From the IMG/VR virus record IMGVR_UViG_3300044796_000401: DNA of 64,000 bases; one strand, 5' to 3'. A model generated the notes under the pieces. It was given only the letters and a program-made list of their open reading frames with translations. It did not search any database and was not told the origin of the DNA. Of the stretch, positions 54,766 through 62,957 are shown piece after piece; positions within the stretch are counted from its first letter, which is position 1, and each line of letters opens with the position of its first letter. A program made the position numbers and the translations under genes. This stretch comes from a virus. Lineage: Duplodnaviria; Caudoviricetes.

Positions 54766-57700
54766 CTACTCTGTCGGGAACGCTAAGGGCACCATAGTTT
54801 GCCCGTTCAGCCCCTCCATCGCCAAACCGTTGCTGATGGTGGCGGTGCGGATGCCGTTAGCGGTCAAGTACGAGGCCAAACCTGTCAATGCAGTGTCGTC
54901 GATGCTGATGGGGTTAGGAGACTGCCCCGATGGGCAGGAAGTGCTGGGATATGGGAAAGTCCCAGCGTTGCACTCATCCACCCGATGGAACAGGAAGATG
55001 ACCCAAGAACCCTTCGCCGTTGCCGATTGCACGATGGCAGTCAGTTGGGCTGTGGTCATGGCGTCACCAGAGGTAACATCCCCCGAGTAGCTTGCCAAGT
55101 AGAAGGGAAGATTGGTCGCCGGATTGCCGGAATTGTCACCTTCAAGTCCAACGTCCGAGGAACGCGCTCCGGTGTAGCCAGCCGATTGCACCAAACCGCC
55201 GATGACCGGAGCCGTCGTGCCTGTGCCGTTAGTGGGGTCCACCGACGGGGGGGCGCATCCGGCGGTCGCGACTTCGTTAATCGTGAGGCAGCCGTAGTCG
55301 CCGTACGGATACGCCATGACGTGAACGTTGATGAAGCCTGCGGCTTGTAGGTCCGACAACGCACCCGTGATTTCACCCACTTGGTCTTGTGCGCTGAGCG
55401 TTGAGATCGAATTGTGCGAGCGTGTGTGAGCGCCGATTTCGTTAGTAACGCCGTTACCAACGTTCACGGTTGAAAGAGCCTGCACCTGTGCCCACGTCAT
55501 GTAGTCCGCGCCTTCGCCTACGCCAACGAGGCAGCCCGACTGCGTGTTGTCCCACTGCGAAAGATTCGCTAGTGAGAACGTTGGGTCGGAAGGTGGGCAG
55601 TTGTCGTTGTTCCAGCCCCACGGGTAACCGTCCGAACGGGTGCTGTTGCTACCGGAGCATGTTCCAAGGCTTACACAGGAATTTCCCGTGATGATCATCG
55701 CCGTCACTGGGATTCCGGCGTTGTTGAAGATTGGAATGCCTTTCTGGTACGCGGACGTATAGGCATCGTCGAATGTGATGCTGACCATGCCCTCCGTGAA
55801 GACAAGGAAATTTGCCGAGTTGCTAACGGCTGCTCCTGTGTAGTCGGGGTTCAACGGATTCGTGACAAACACAGGAACGTTCGTGTCGGTGGTCACGGCA
55901 AGATTGATTGCCGGAACCGATACGGTCAACTGTGTGGACGAGACGAACGTCGCAGACAGAATGACAGAACCGAACGTCACTGTCGGCGCAACCGCATTGT
56001 AGGGCGCAAATCCTGTACCTATGATGGTGATGGTCTCGGGACGCATGCCTTGCGGAGCCGTGGTGATTCGTGCCGCACCCATGGGTGGGTAGATTGACAC
56101 GATGCTGATAGGAGCCGGAGCGATAGGACTCACAGTGATTGTCTGGCTTGTTCCCGTCATACTGCCGCTTGACGCTGTAACAGTAGCGATGCCGACGCCG
56201 ACCGCCGTGACATTGCCGCTCACGTCAACAGTCAGAACGCTAGGATTGGTGCTCGCCCACGTGAACGTTGATGCAAAACCGCCGCCCTTTTGGTCGAAGG
56301 CTTGCGCCGAGAACGTGGTCGTACCCTGATACTCCATGCTCGCAGTTCCACCAGTGATGCTGATTGTCGTCAGGACAGGGACATAGCAGACATTCGGTTG
56401 AGTGCAAGCAGTGACGTTGACAACGAACGACGTGCTGACGCTGTCGTCTGTGTCGATATGAACGTTCACCGTCGTTGTACCGATGCCTACGCCTTGAACG
56501 ATGATCTGATTTCCTTCACCGCTGTTCAGCGCGGTTGCGGAAACGATGGTTGTGTCATACCCGCTGTCTACGTCAATCATTGGCGTAGCGAATACGGCAC
56601 TAAACTCATCATAAGCAATGACAGTCACGGCGACAGACTGAGGCAGTGTCGGCGTTATTGTCTGAAAGACCGAAGCCGGGTTGGGAGTCGCTACAAGAGT
56701 CTTGGCGAAACGCACCTGAGGATTCACAGTAAGAACGACGGTGTTCGTCGTCAAACTATTGCACGTTGCAAAGATATTTGCAGTCAGAGTGTTGGGTGTG
56801 GCGTTCTGTGAAAGAACGGTGCCTGTCTGGTCGATTGTCGCAGCCGCCGTATTGTCGGACGAGTATGTGCAAACCACGTACGGTGCCATCGGGCGACCGA
56901 ACTGGTCTTGCTCCATGACGGAGAAAACTATGGAGCCAGACGGCGCAGAGATCGTCGGACTGCTTGGGGACAGGGTTACGCTCGTGAGAATGGCAGGGTT
57001 CAGTGTGAACACCGCGTTGCCGCTAGATACGCCGCCAGCCGATGCCGTAATATCCGCCGCGGTTGGAGTGCCAACCGCCGCACCTGTGGCGTTGCCGCCC
57101 GCATCGACGGTGACTGACGGGTTATCCGAAGCCCATGTGAATGTGGGCTGAGTAGCGAGTACTTGATTGAATTGGTCGAGAGCCGACGCTGTGAACAGCA
57201 CGGGGAAACCCGGATAGGCCGAAGCATTCGCCGGAGTCACGGAAATTGCCATGAGTGATTGACCAATGGTAATGTCTTGCGACACGGGAGCCGCCGCAGC
57301 ATAAATAGTATTTCCAGCTTGATTCGCTTCAATCAGGCAATCGCCAAACGACACTTCCGTTACCGTAGTGCCGTTGACGGTACAAGCCGTGGACGGTGAG
57401 GAGAACGTGACCGGAAGATTGGAGCTAGACGTTGCACTCACCGTGAAGGTCTGTCCGGGCATCGGCTCTGGGAACGTGATAGTTTGCGGAACCAGAGTTA
57501 CAGTAAATGACTGTGTGACGGACGGGGCCGCAGAGTAGTCCGCGTTCCCCGCTTGATCTGCCTCCAGCGTGCAGGTGCCGGATGTTAACGCCTGTGTGAT
57601 TGAGCACACTGAGGGGGTCTGGGATGTAAATACCATTGGCAACCCGGATGAAGCTGTTGCTGCCGGGGAAAGCGTCGAGAGAGCCTGAACGCTAGGCAGT

Positions 57701-60075
57701 GTCGGGAATGTGATTGTCTGCGTCGTCACGCCCACTGTCAGTGTCCCGTTGACCAACGTAAATGTGTAGTTGGCAGCCGCCAGCGTGCCCTGCACGACCG
57801 TGATTGGATAAGGCCCTACTGCCGAAGTCGCCGTCGCCGTTGTGCTCAGCGTCGGCGCTCCCGTCGTCGCCGTTCCCTGCGTGTCGCCGTTCACGAACCC
57901 CGTTAGGGTGTACGTGAAGCTTGGAATCGGCTGCCCGTAAACCATGCTTGCGCTGTTTGCCGTCACCGTCAGCCCCGCCTTGCCTATCGTGAGGCTTTGC
58001 GGTACGGGGGTCGCCGCCGCATAGACCGAGTTCCCTACCTGATTCGCCGTCACGGTCGCCGTGCCTGCGCCTGTGATCGTGAGGGTCGAACCCGACACGC
58101 TCACTGGTCCCGTCGTCATGTAGCTCACCGCCAAACCCGATGATGCCGTCGCTGTTAATGTAATCGGGCTAGCTCCGTACGTCACATTCGGCAATGCTCC
58201 GAACGTGATAGTTTGCGTCGCTAGAGTCACATTGAACGATTGCGTGACTGGAGGGGCAGCCGCATAGGTAGCGTTGCCTGCTTGGTCGGCTTCGATTGTG
58301 CAAGTACCAGATGTATTTGTTACCCACTGGATGGTGGGTTGTAACTGTTCGGCGCACACACCGCTGCCTGATGTGAGGATAAAAGTCACGGGCAGACCAG
58401 ATGAAGCTGTTGCAATCGGGATAAACGAAGAAAGTGCGGGAACGCTCGACAATGCCGGGAACGTGATCGTCTGCGACGCTCCGCCAGTGACGGTAAATGT
58501 GCCGCTGACGAACACGAAGGTGTAATTTGCTGCCGTCAGACTTCCTTGCGCGATGGTAATCGGGTAGGTGCCCACGGGGGAGGTGGAAACCGCCGTGGTG
58601 GATTCCGCCGGAGTCCCAGACAGAGACGCCGACGTATCCCCGTTCACAAAACCCGTCGCCGTGTAGGTGAGACTCGGAATCGGCTGTCCGTAGACCATGC
58701 TCTTGTTGTCCGCCGTCACGGTCAGGGCCGCTGGAGACACAGCAAAGCTCTGCATCACAGGTGTCGCGGCAGCGTAAGTGGAATTGCCAGCTTGCGAAGC
58801 CGTCACGCTTACAGTCCCGACCCCGGTCGCTTTTAGAACTGAGCCGTTGAGCGCCGCCGGACCTGTTACGGAATAGCTGACGGGCAACCCTGAGGATGCC
58901 GTTGCTCCCAATGTAATTGGGGCTGCGCCGTAGACCTGATTCGGCAGCGCACCGAAGGTGATAGTTTGCGGGTCTATCGCAACCCCGAAGCTTTGCGTCA
59001 CGGGCGTCGCGGCAGCGTACTGCGCGTTGCCAGTCTGCGTCGCTTGAATCGTGCATGTGCCGACCGCGAGTGCTTGTGAGATAGAGCAAATGGCTGGTGT
59101 TGTCGAAGCTAGCGTAACAGATAGGCCGGATATGGACGAAGCCGTAACTGTGAACGAGTTTCCAACTTGGATGCCCGACGGAGCGGTCCCGAACGTGATG
59201 GTCTGCGAAACTAGCACAACAGTAAAGGATACGGAGTTGCTCGTCACGGAGCCCGAAGACGCAGTGACCGATGCGCTGCCTTGCGCTACGGCGGTTACTG
59301 TGTTGCCGGAGACCGTGACCGCTGTACCCGTCAGGTTGAACGTCGGCGTGATGCTGAATGGATTTCCGTATTGATCAACACCCGCTGCTGTCAGTGTGGA
59401 GGTGTCGCCAACGTTGAGGGACACCTTCGATGCAGACAGCGTGATGGACTTGAGCGCCGGAGGAACGAGTGCGATGGTAAAGCTTTGCGTCACAGGAGCC
59501 GCAGCAGCGTACTGTGCATTGCCAGCTTGGGTCGCCTGAATCTGGCAGCCACCAGCCGCAAGCGCCGTTGTCGTGGAGCAAACTGTTGGCGTGAGAGAAG
59601 CAAACAATACAGGCAATCCCGAGGATGCCGATGCGGCTAGGACGAATGTATCCCCCACGAGGCGGTTGGACAATGAGCCAAACGTGATGATCTGCGGTGC
59701 GAGAGCAACAGTAAAGGATACAGAGTTGCTGGTTACAGAACCCGAAGATGCCGTGACTGATGCGCTGCCCACAGCCACAGCAGTTACAGTGCTGCCAGAG
59801 AGCGTGACCGCCGTGCCCGTCAACTTAAATGTCGGCGTGATAGCAAACGGATTCCCGTACTGGTCGAGGCCTTCTGCCGTCAATGTGGCGGTGCCGCCGA
59901 CAGTGAGGGCCGATTTTGACGCCAGCAAAGAGATGGACTGCAGTACCGCGGGGGCCTTCGACGAGTTGGATGGGGCTGAAGCGCAACCGGAAATGCACAG
60001 AACGAGAATAACAAGAACAGCAGACAAAAGCTTAAGGCCGGGTTTCATTGAATCCTCCATGCCCATAGTATACAT
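54766..60075 (-). CDS. Giant lipoprotein with tandem Ig-like (Big/MBG) repeats and C-terminal polysaccharide deacetylase (CE4/NodB); start likely 60057 or 60045
   Basis: Lipobox ISG|C; repeated QTITF...ATASSGLPV units and two LTVTA..SMVYGQPIP MBG domains; SITFDDAY, EIGAHTRSH, AYPYG, WVIFLFH. Confidence 0.85.
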   Translation of the reverse strand: MYTMGMEDSMKPGLKLLSAVLVILVLCISGCASAPSNSSKAPAVLQSISLLASKSALTVGGTATLTAEGLDQYGNPFAITPTFKLTGTAVTLSGSTVTAVAVGSASVTASSGSVTSNSVSFTVALAPQIITFGSLSNRLVGDTFVLAASASSGLPVLFASLTPTVCSTTTALAAGGCQIQATQAGNAQYAAAAPVTQSFTIALVPPALKSITLSASKVSLNVGDTSTLTAAGVDQYGNPFSITPTFNLTGTAVTVSGNTVTAVAQGSASVTASSGSVTSNSVSFTVVLVSQTITFGTAPSGIQVGNSFTVTASSISGLSVTLASTTPAICSISQALAVGTCTIQATQTGNAQYAAATPVTQSFGVAIDPQTITFGALPNQVYGAAPITLGATASSGLPVSYSVTGPAALNGSVLKATGVGTVSVTASQAGNSTYAAATPVMQSFAVSPAALTVTADNKSMVYGQPIPSLTYTATGFVNGDTSASLSGTPAESTTAVSTSPVGTYPITIAQGSLTAANYTFVFVSGTFTVTGGASQTITFPALSSVPALSSFIPIATASSGLPVTFILTSGSGVCAEQLQPTIQWVTNTSGTCTIEADQAGNATYAAAPPVTQSFNVTLATQTITFGALPNVTYGASPITLTATASSGLAVSYMTTGPVSVSGSTLTITGAGTATVTANQVGNSVYAAATPVPQSLTIGKAGLTVTANSASMVYGQPIPSFTYTLTGFVNGDTQGTATTGAPTLSTTATATSAVGPYPITVVQGTLAAANYTFTLVNGTLTVGVTTQTITFPTLPSVQALSTLSPAATASSGLPMVFTSQTPSVCSITQALTSGTCTLEADQAGNADYSAAPSVTQSFTVTLVPQTITFPEPMPGQTFTVSATSSSNLPVTFSSPSTACTVNGTTVTEVSFGDCLIEANQAGNTIYAAAAPVSQDITIGQSLMAISVTPANASAYPGFPVLFTASALDQFNQVLATQPTFTWASDNPSVTVDAGGNATGAAVGTPTAADITASAGGVSSGNAVFTLNPAILTSVTLSPSSPTISAPSGSIVFSVMEQDQFGRPMAPYVVCTYSSDNTAAATIDQTGTVLSQNATPNTLTANIFATCNSLTTNTVVLTVNPQVRFAKTLVATPNPASVFQTITPTLPQSVAVTVIAYDEFSAVFATPMIDVDSGYDTTIVSATALNSGEGNQIIVQGVGIGTTTVNVHIDTDDSVSTSFVVNVTACTQPNVCYVPVLTTISITGGTASMEYQGTTTFSAQAFDQKGGGFASTFTWASTNPSVLTVDVSGNVTAVGVGIATVTASSGSMTGTSQTITVSPIAPAPISIVSIYPPMGAARITTAPQGMRPETITIIGTGFAPYNAVAPTVTFGSVILSATFVSSTQLTVSVPAINLAVTTDTNVPVFVTNPLNPDYTGAAVSNSANFLVFTEGMVSITFDDAYTSAYQKGIPIFNNAGIPVTAMIITGNSCVSLGTCSGSNSTRSDGYPWGWNNDNCPPSDPTFSLANLSQWDNTQSGCLVGVGEGADYMTWAQVQALSTVNVGNGVTNEIGAHTRSHNSISTLSAQDQVGEITGALSDLQAAGFINVHVMAYPYGDYGCLTINEVATAGCAPPSVDPTNGTGTTAPVIGGLVQSAGYTGARSSDVGLEGDNSGNPATNLPFYLASYSGDVTSGDAMTTAQLTAIVQSATAKGSWVIFLFHRVDECNAGTFPYPSTSCPSGQSPNPISIDDTALTGLASYLTANGIRTATISNGLAMEGLNGQTMVPLAFPTE

Positions 60076-60123
60076 GGGTTGGGGGAATTCGTCTAGAGGC
60101 CCGGGCCTTATTTTAGGGAGAAA

Positions 60124-60858
60124 TTAAAGCGAAAGAAAGTCAGGATTTCCAGAACTTTGTGCTCTAGGCGGTGTTTTTCTGATCCTTCTTCGAATGCCAA
60201 ATATGCGGGCGATTGTTATAACGGCCCTTAAACCACACCCAAACTCTTTAGCGATGAGACGATAACTCAAGTCTGGGTTTGTCTTAATGCGGCGGGCAAT
60301 CTCATCCCACGGCAATTTCCTTCTTCGAATGTTGGATTCAGCTACCGCTTGACAGACAGAATCGGGTTTTTTCTTGCCGTTAGAGAGTACAGGCAGTTTC
60401 CAATGTTTCCCAAGAGCGGGCTTTCGTCCTTGTCTTTTCTCCCTTAATTTACGGCGGGTCTCTTCCGATGAGACATAACGTTTATGCGATTCACTCATCC
60501 TTTGCAGGACATCTTTTGAAAAACAATCAACGATTCCCTTGTTCCAAGGGATTCTACCCTTTAGTTTGTTTCGAGTTTCTTCCGATATTGGAGGACGAAT
60601 ACCGCCTGAAACTCCATCTCCACCATCGGTCAAATTACGAAGAATTCCCGTTTTGTTGTTCTTTCGTCCATAGTAGGAAATCAGTAGCTTTTCCGCTTCT
60701 AAAGCCTCTTCTTCTGAGGCGTGCGATTCTATTAGAATGCGTTCTTTCGGTGGGACGGGAACCCAGTGTTGGCTACTAAAGGCACGTTTGCCCATGCCTT
60801 TGCCAACGTAATAAGACGTGCCGTCTTCTCGAAGATAGAGGTATGTGTAAAACCCCAT
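60124..60858 (-). CDS. GIY-YIG-like homing endonuclease with NUMOD3 repeats (start MGFYTY at 60858)
   Basis: FYTYLYLREDGTSYYVGKG...ILRNLTDGGDG; SEETR repeats; terminal HTH-like segment. Confidence 0.85.
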   Translation of the reverse strand: MGFYTYLYLREDGTSYYVGKGMGKRAFSSQHWVPVPPKERILIESHASEEEALEAEKLLISYYGRKNNKTGILRNLTDGGDGVSGGIRPPISEETRNKLKGRIPWNKGIVDCFSKDVLQRMSESHKRYVSSEETRRKLREKRQGRKPALGKHWKLPVLSNGKKKPDSVCQAVAESNIRRRKLPWDEIARRIKTNPDLSYRLIAKEFGCGLRAVITIARIFGIRRRIRKTPPRAQSSGNPDFLSL

Positions 60859-60871
60859 ACCAATCAATACT

Positions 60872-61759
60872 CTAGGAGACCCAATACCGTACACTTTGGA
60901 CGTAGCAGTAGCGGGCGGTTCCGACCGTGGCTTTGCCGCCCCAGCTTGATGAATTGCATCCATAATGGTTGATGTCAATGCCCGGTATATTGCTTCCGGT
61001 GCCCGGCGTCGGAATATTCTTTGTGTTGGTGCCCTGAAAAATTCCATTGAGGTAGTACGCGATCCGACCCGCGCTCCATATGAGTCCGTAATAATTAAAC
61101 CCAGTCACCGCTGTCGGCACGACGAGATAACTATCGCTGCCCGCTTGGCTGATAAAGTTTCCACCGGACGGCTGGGTGTTTCCCGACGAGCCGCTGTTGA
61201 ACCACGTGTCGTACTCTGCCCATGTCGGATGCTGCCCCTCACATTCCGGGGCGTCTATTTCGGCGTAGCCCGTGCCACCGGGATTGTTCTGCGACATAAG
61301 GAATGTGCTGCTGACTCCTCCGCTTATTGCTGTACCCGTGCCTGTTGGCGTTGCAGATGAGGAGCCGAAGCGTGCGCAAAACTCGTATGTCCCGTACCCA
61401 CCTAAGCCCGTACTAGCGAATAATCCCGGAGCAGAAAGTATTTCCGACCCATTCGATACGGTAGCTGACGGCTGGTTCAGCGTTATACACAAGCATGGCG
61501 CTCCGGTGTTTGCGTTGAGGGGGAAGCTGAGATTGGAGGCCAGCATACTAACTGTCGAACCTGCTCCCGCGTAGTTCTGGGCCGTGAAATCCTGTAACAC
61601 CCAGTTCTTCGTGAACGCCGACGATGAGGACGACGTGTAGTTGAATAGGTCCGCGAAGCTCGGGGTTCCCAAGCCAGCAGCTAAGCTGCCGGACGCGGGG
61701 GCGTCCACGACAGCCAACAACGATGTCGGTGCGCTTGGTGCGGTTGCCATCAGAGCCAC
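60872..61759 (-). CDS. Glycoside hydrolase family 16-like protein
   Basis: GYGTYEFCAR, EIDAPE (ExDxxE catalytic motif), YGLIWSAGRIAYYLNG. Confidence 0.75.
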   Translation of the reverse strand: MALMATAPSAPTSLLAVVDAPASGSLAAGLGTPSFADLFNYTSSSSSAFTKNWVLQDFTAQNYAGAGSTVSMLASNLSFPLNANTGAPCLCITLNQPSATVSNGSEILSAPGLFASTGLGGYGTYEFCARFGSSSATPTGTGTAISGGVSSTFLMSQNNPGGTGYAEIDAPECEGQHPTWAEYDTWFNSGSSGNTQPSGGNFISQAGSDSYLVVPTAVTGFNYYGLIWSAGRIAYYLNGIFQGTNTKNIPTPGTGSNIPGIDINHYGCNSSSWGGKATVGTARYCYVQSVRYWVS

Positions 61760-61792
61760 CCAAACAAAGTCTTAAATACTGTCTTGATGGCG

Positions 61793-62074
61793 TTATAGAG
61801 CCGTTGCCACCAAGTTTGTTGGGGCGGTTGGGACAGAAAACGGAACGACGGCCGCCACCTCATTGGACGGCCCGGATGTTCCAGCGGAATTTACGGCGGT
61901 GACGACGTAGTAGTAGGTCGTCCCCTCGACCAAGCTCACAGTATCCACGTAGGACGTGGTGGTAGAAGTAGCTTCTACAGTTTCGCCGCCCTTGGTTGTG
62001 CTGCGCTCGATGTTGTAGGAAGTCGGGGTGCCCGATGTTGGGGCTGTCCACGACAAAGTAACTGAATGTGCCAT
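61793..62074 (-). CDS. Fibronectin type III domain protein (start MAHSVTLSW at 62074)
   Basis: VTLSWTAP...SYNIERST...SYVD...GTTYYYVVTAVNSAG.SGPSNE; GAGGAG RBS. Confidence 0.85.
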   Translation of the reverse strand: MAHSVTLSWTAPTSGTPTSYNIERSTTKGGETVEATSTTTSYVDTVSLVEGTTYYYVVTAVNSAGTSGPSNEVAAVVPFSVPTAPTNLVATAL

Positions 62075-62143
62075 ATGAGTCTCCTCATTGGAAGGAAAGC
62101 CATAGTTGAGAGACTTGGGGGAATTGGTTGGGCGGGAAGGAAT

Positions 62144-62218
62144 TGGTTCCGAGACTTGGATTCGAGCCAAGATAACCAGCTTCAAGGGCTGGTGTCCTAC
62201 CGGTTAGACGACCTCGGA
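62144..62218 (-). tRNA. tRNA-Gln(UUG), atypical (C33, C54)
   Basis: U1-A72 acceptor TCCGAGG/TCTCGGA, anticodon arm CCAGC-CCTTGAA-GCTGG, encoded CCA. Confidence 0.85.
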
Positions 62219-62226
62219 ATAAATCT

Positions 62227-62301
62227 TGGAGCCGTTGGAGGGATTTGAACCCCCGACCCGCTGATTACAGATCAGCCGCTCTGCCTCTGAGCTACAACGG
62301 C
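62227..62301 (-). tRNA. tRNA-Thr(UGU), atypical C33
   Basis: Acceptor GCCGTTG/CAACGGC, anticodon arm GCTGA-TCTGTAA-TCAGC, GTTCAAATCC T-loop, U73, CCA. Confidence 0.88.
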
Positions 62302-62313
62302 AAACTCATAAAC

Positions 62314-62389
62314 TGGAGCCGAGCAGCGGGTTTGAACCGCTATCCGTCGCTTACGAGGCGACCCTACTAGCCAGTTATACTAGCCCGGC
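62314..62389 (-). tRNA. tRNA-Thr(CGU)
   Basis: Acceptor GCCGGGC/GCTCGGC, anticodon arm GTCGC-CTCGTAA-GCGAC, U73, CCA; G10:G25 mismatch. Confidence 0.88.
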
Positions 62390-62395
62390 AAATTC

Positions 62396-62469
62396 TGGTG
62401 CGCGACCTCGGACTTGAACCGAGACCCTTCCCGTAATCGGCGGGATGCTCCGCATTGAGCTAGCCGCGC
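62396..62469 (-). tRNA. tRNA-Ile(GAU)-like, atypical (C33, U37, short D-loop)
   Basis: Cloverleaf with anticodon arm TCCCG-CCGATTA-CGGGA, A73, CCA; keeps the Ile stem determinants C4:G69, U12:A23, C29:G41. Confidence 0.72.
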
Positions 62470-62475
62470 AAACTC

Positions 62476-62628
62476 TTACTTGCAACAGACACCGTTCATA
62501 CCCTTGTACTCCGGCTCCTCTTCGCCGCAGTTACAAGGCTCTGAGTCGGGACAACCATGCCCCACCACAGCGCCGCACGACTCGCACATATCCTGCATTT
62601 GTCCGTTCACTTCTGCCTGCTGCGACAT
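62476..62628 (-). CDS. Small Cys-rich protein (MSQQAEVNG..., 50 aa) at the head of the tRNA operon
   Basis: GAGG before ATG 62628; CESCG, CPD..PCNC, VCCK. Confidence 0.45.
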   Translation of the reverse strand: MSQQAEVNGQMQDMCESCGAVVGHGCPDSEPCNCGEEEPEYKGMNGVCCK

Positions 62629-62651
62629 ACTGCCTCGAAGTGCGCCATAGC

Positions 62652-62682
62652 AAAAAAGCCGCCCTCTTTCGGGGGCGGCCTT
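62652..62682 (-). terminator. Attenuator terminator upstream of the tRNA cluster
   Basis: Minus strand AAGGCCGCCCCCGAAAGAGGGCGGCTTTTTT: 7-bp GC stem, GAAA loop, U6. Confidence 0.85.
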
Positions 62683-62708
62683 AAACATCTGATCTGATTG
62701 GGTTTCTT

Positions 62709-62795
62709 TTAGTTTGCCCATCCAGACAGAAGGCCGCCTGACCACGTTTGTTGCGTGGTAGTGGTGATAATTCGTGTCTGGCGTTGTGTCTTCAT
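62709..62795 (-). CDS. Leader peptide MKTQRQTRIITTTTQQTWSGGLLSGWAN (28 aa)
   Basis: ATG 62795 to TAA 62709, between a consensus promoter and the terminator; 7 Thr, 4 Gln and 2 Ile in the first 17 codons. Confidence 0.8.
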   Translation of the reverse strand: MKTQRQTRIITTTTQQTWSGGLLSGWAN

Positions 62796-62886
62796 GAATT
62801 CAGTTGTTTTATTTGTCCAGGGAACCTGCTTTCGCAGGCTCCTTGATTAGCAGACGGTCTTGGTTTCCCTAAACCATCCGTTCACT

Positions 62887-62915
62887 ATAATACTGGATAG
62901 CGGGAAAACTGTCAA
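62887..62915 (-). promoter_or_regulatory. Sigma70-type promoter of the leader/tRNA operon
   Basis: Minus strand TTGACA-17 nt-TATTAT. Confidence 0.8.
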
Positions 62916-62957
62916 GAACTGGTTTTGGGGATTACCCCTTTGAGTCCACAAGCCGGG

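Noticed and set aside
62227-62301. Reading this tRNA as Tyr(GUA)
   Set aside because: The shifted register breaks the anticodon stem, there is no long variable arm, and the G1-C72/C2-G71 acceptor fits Thr.
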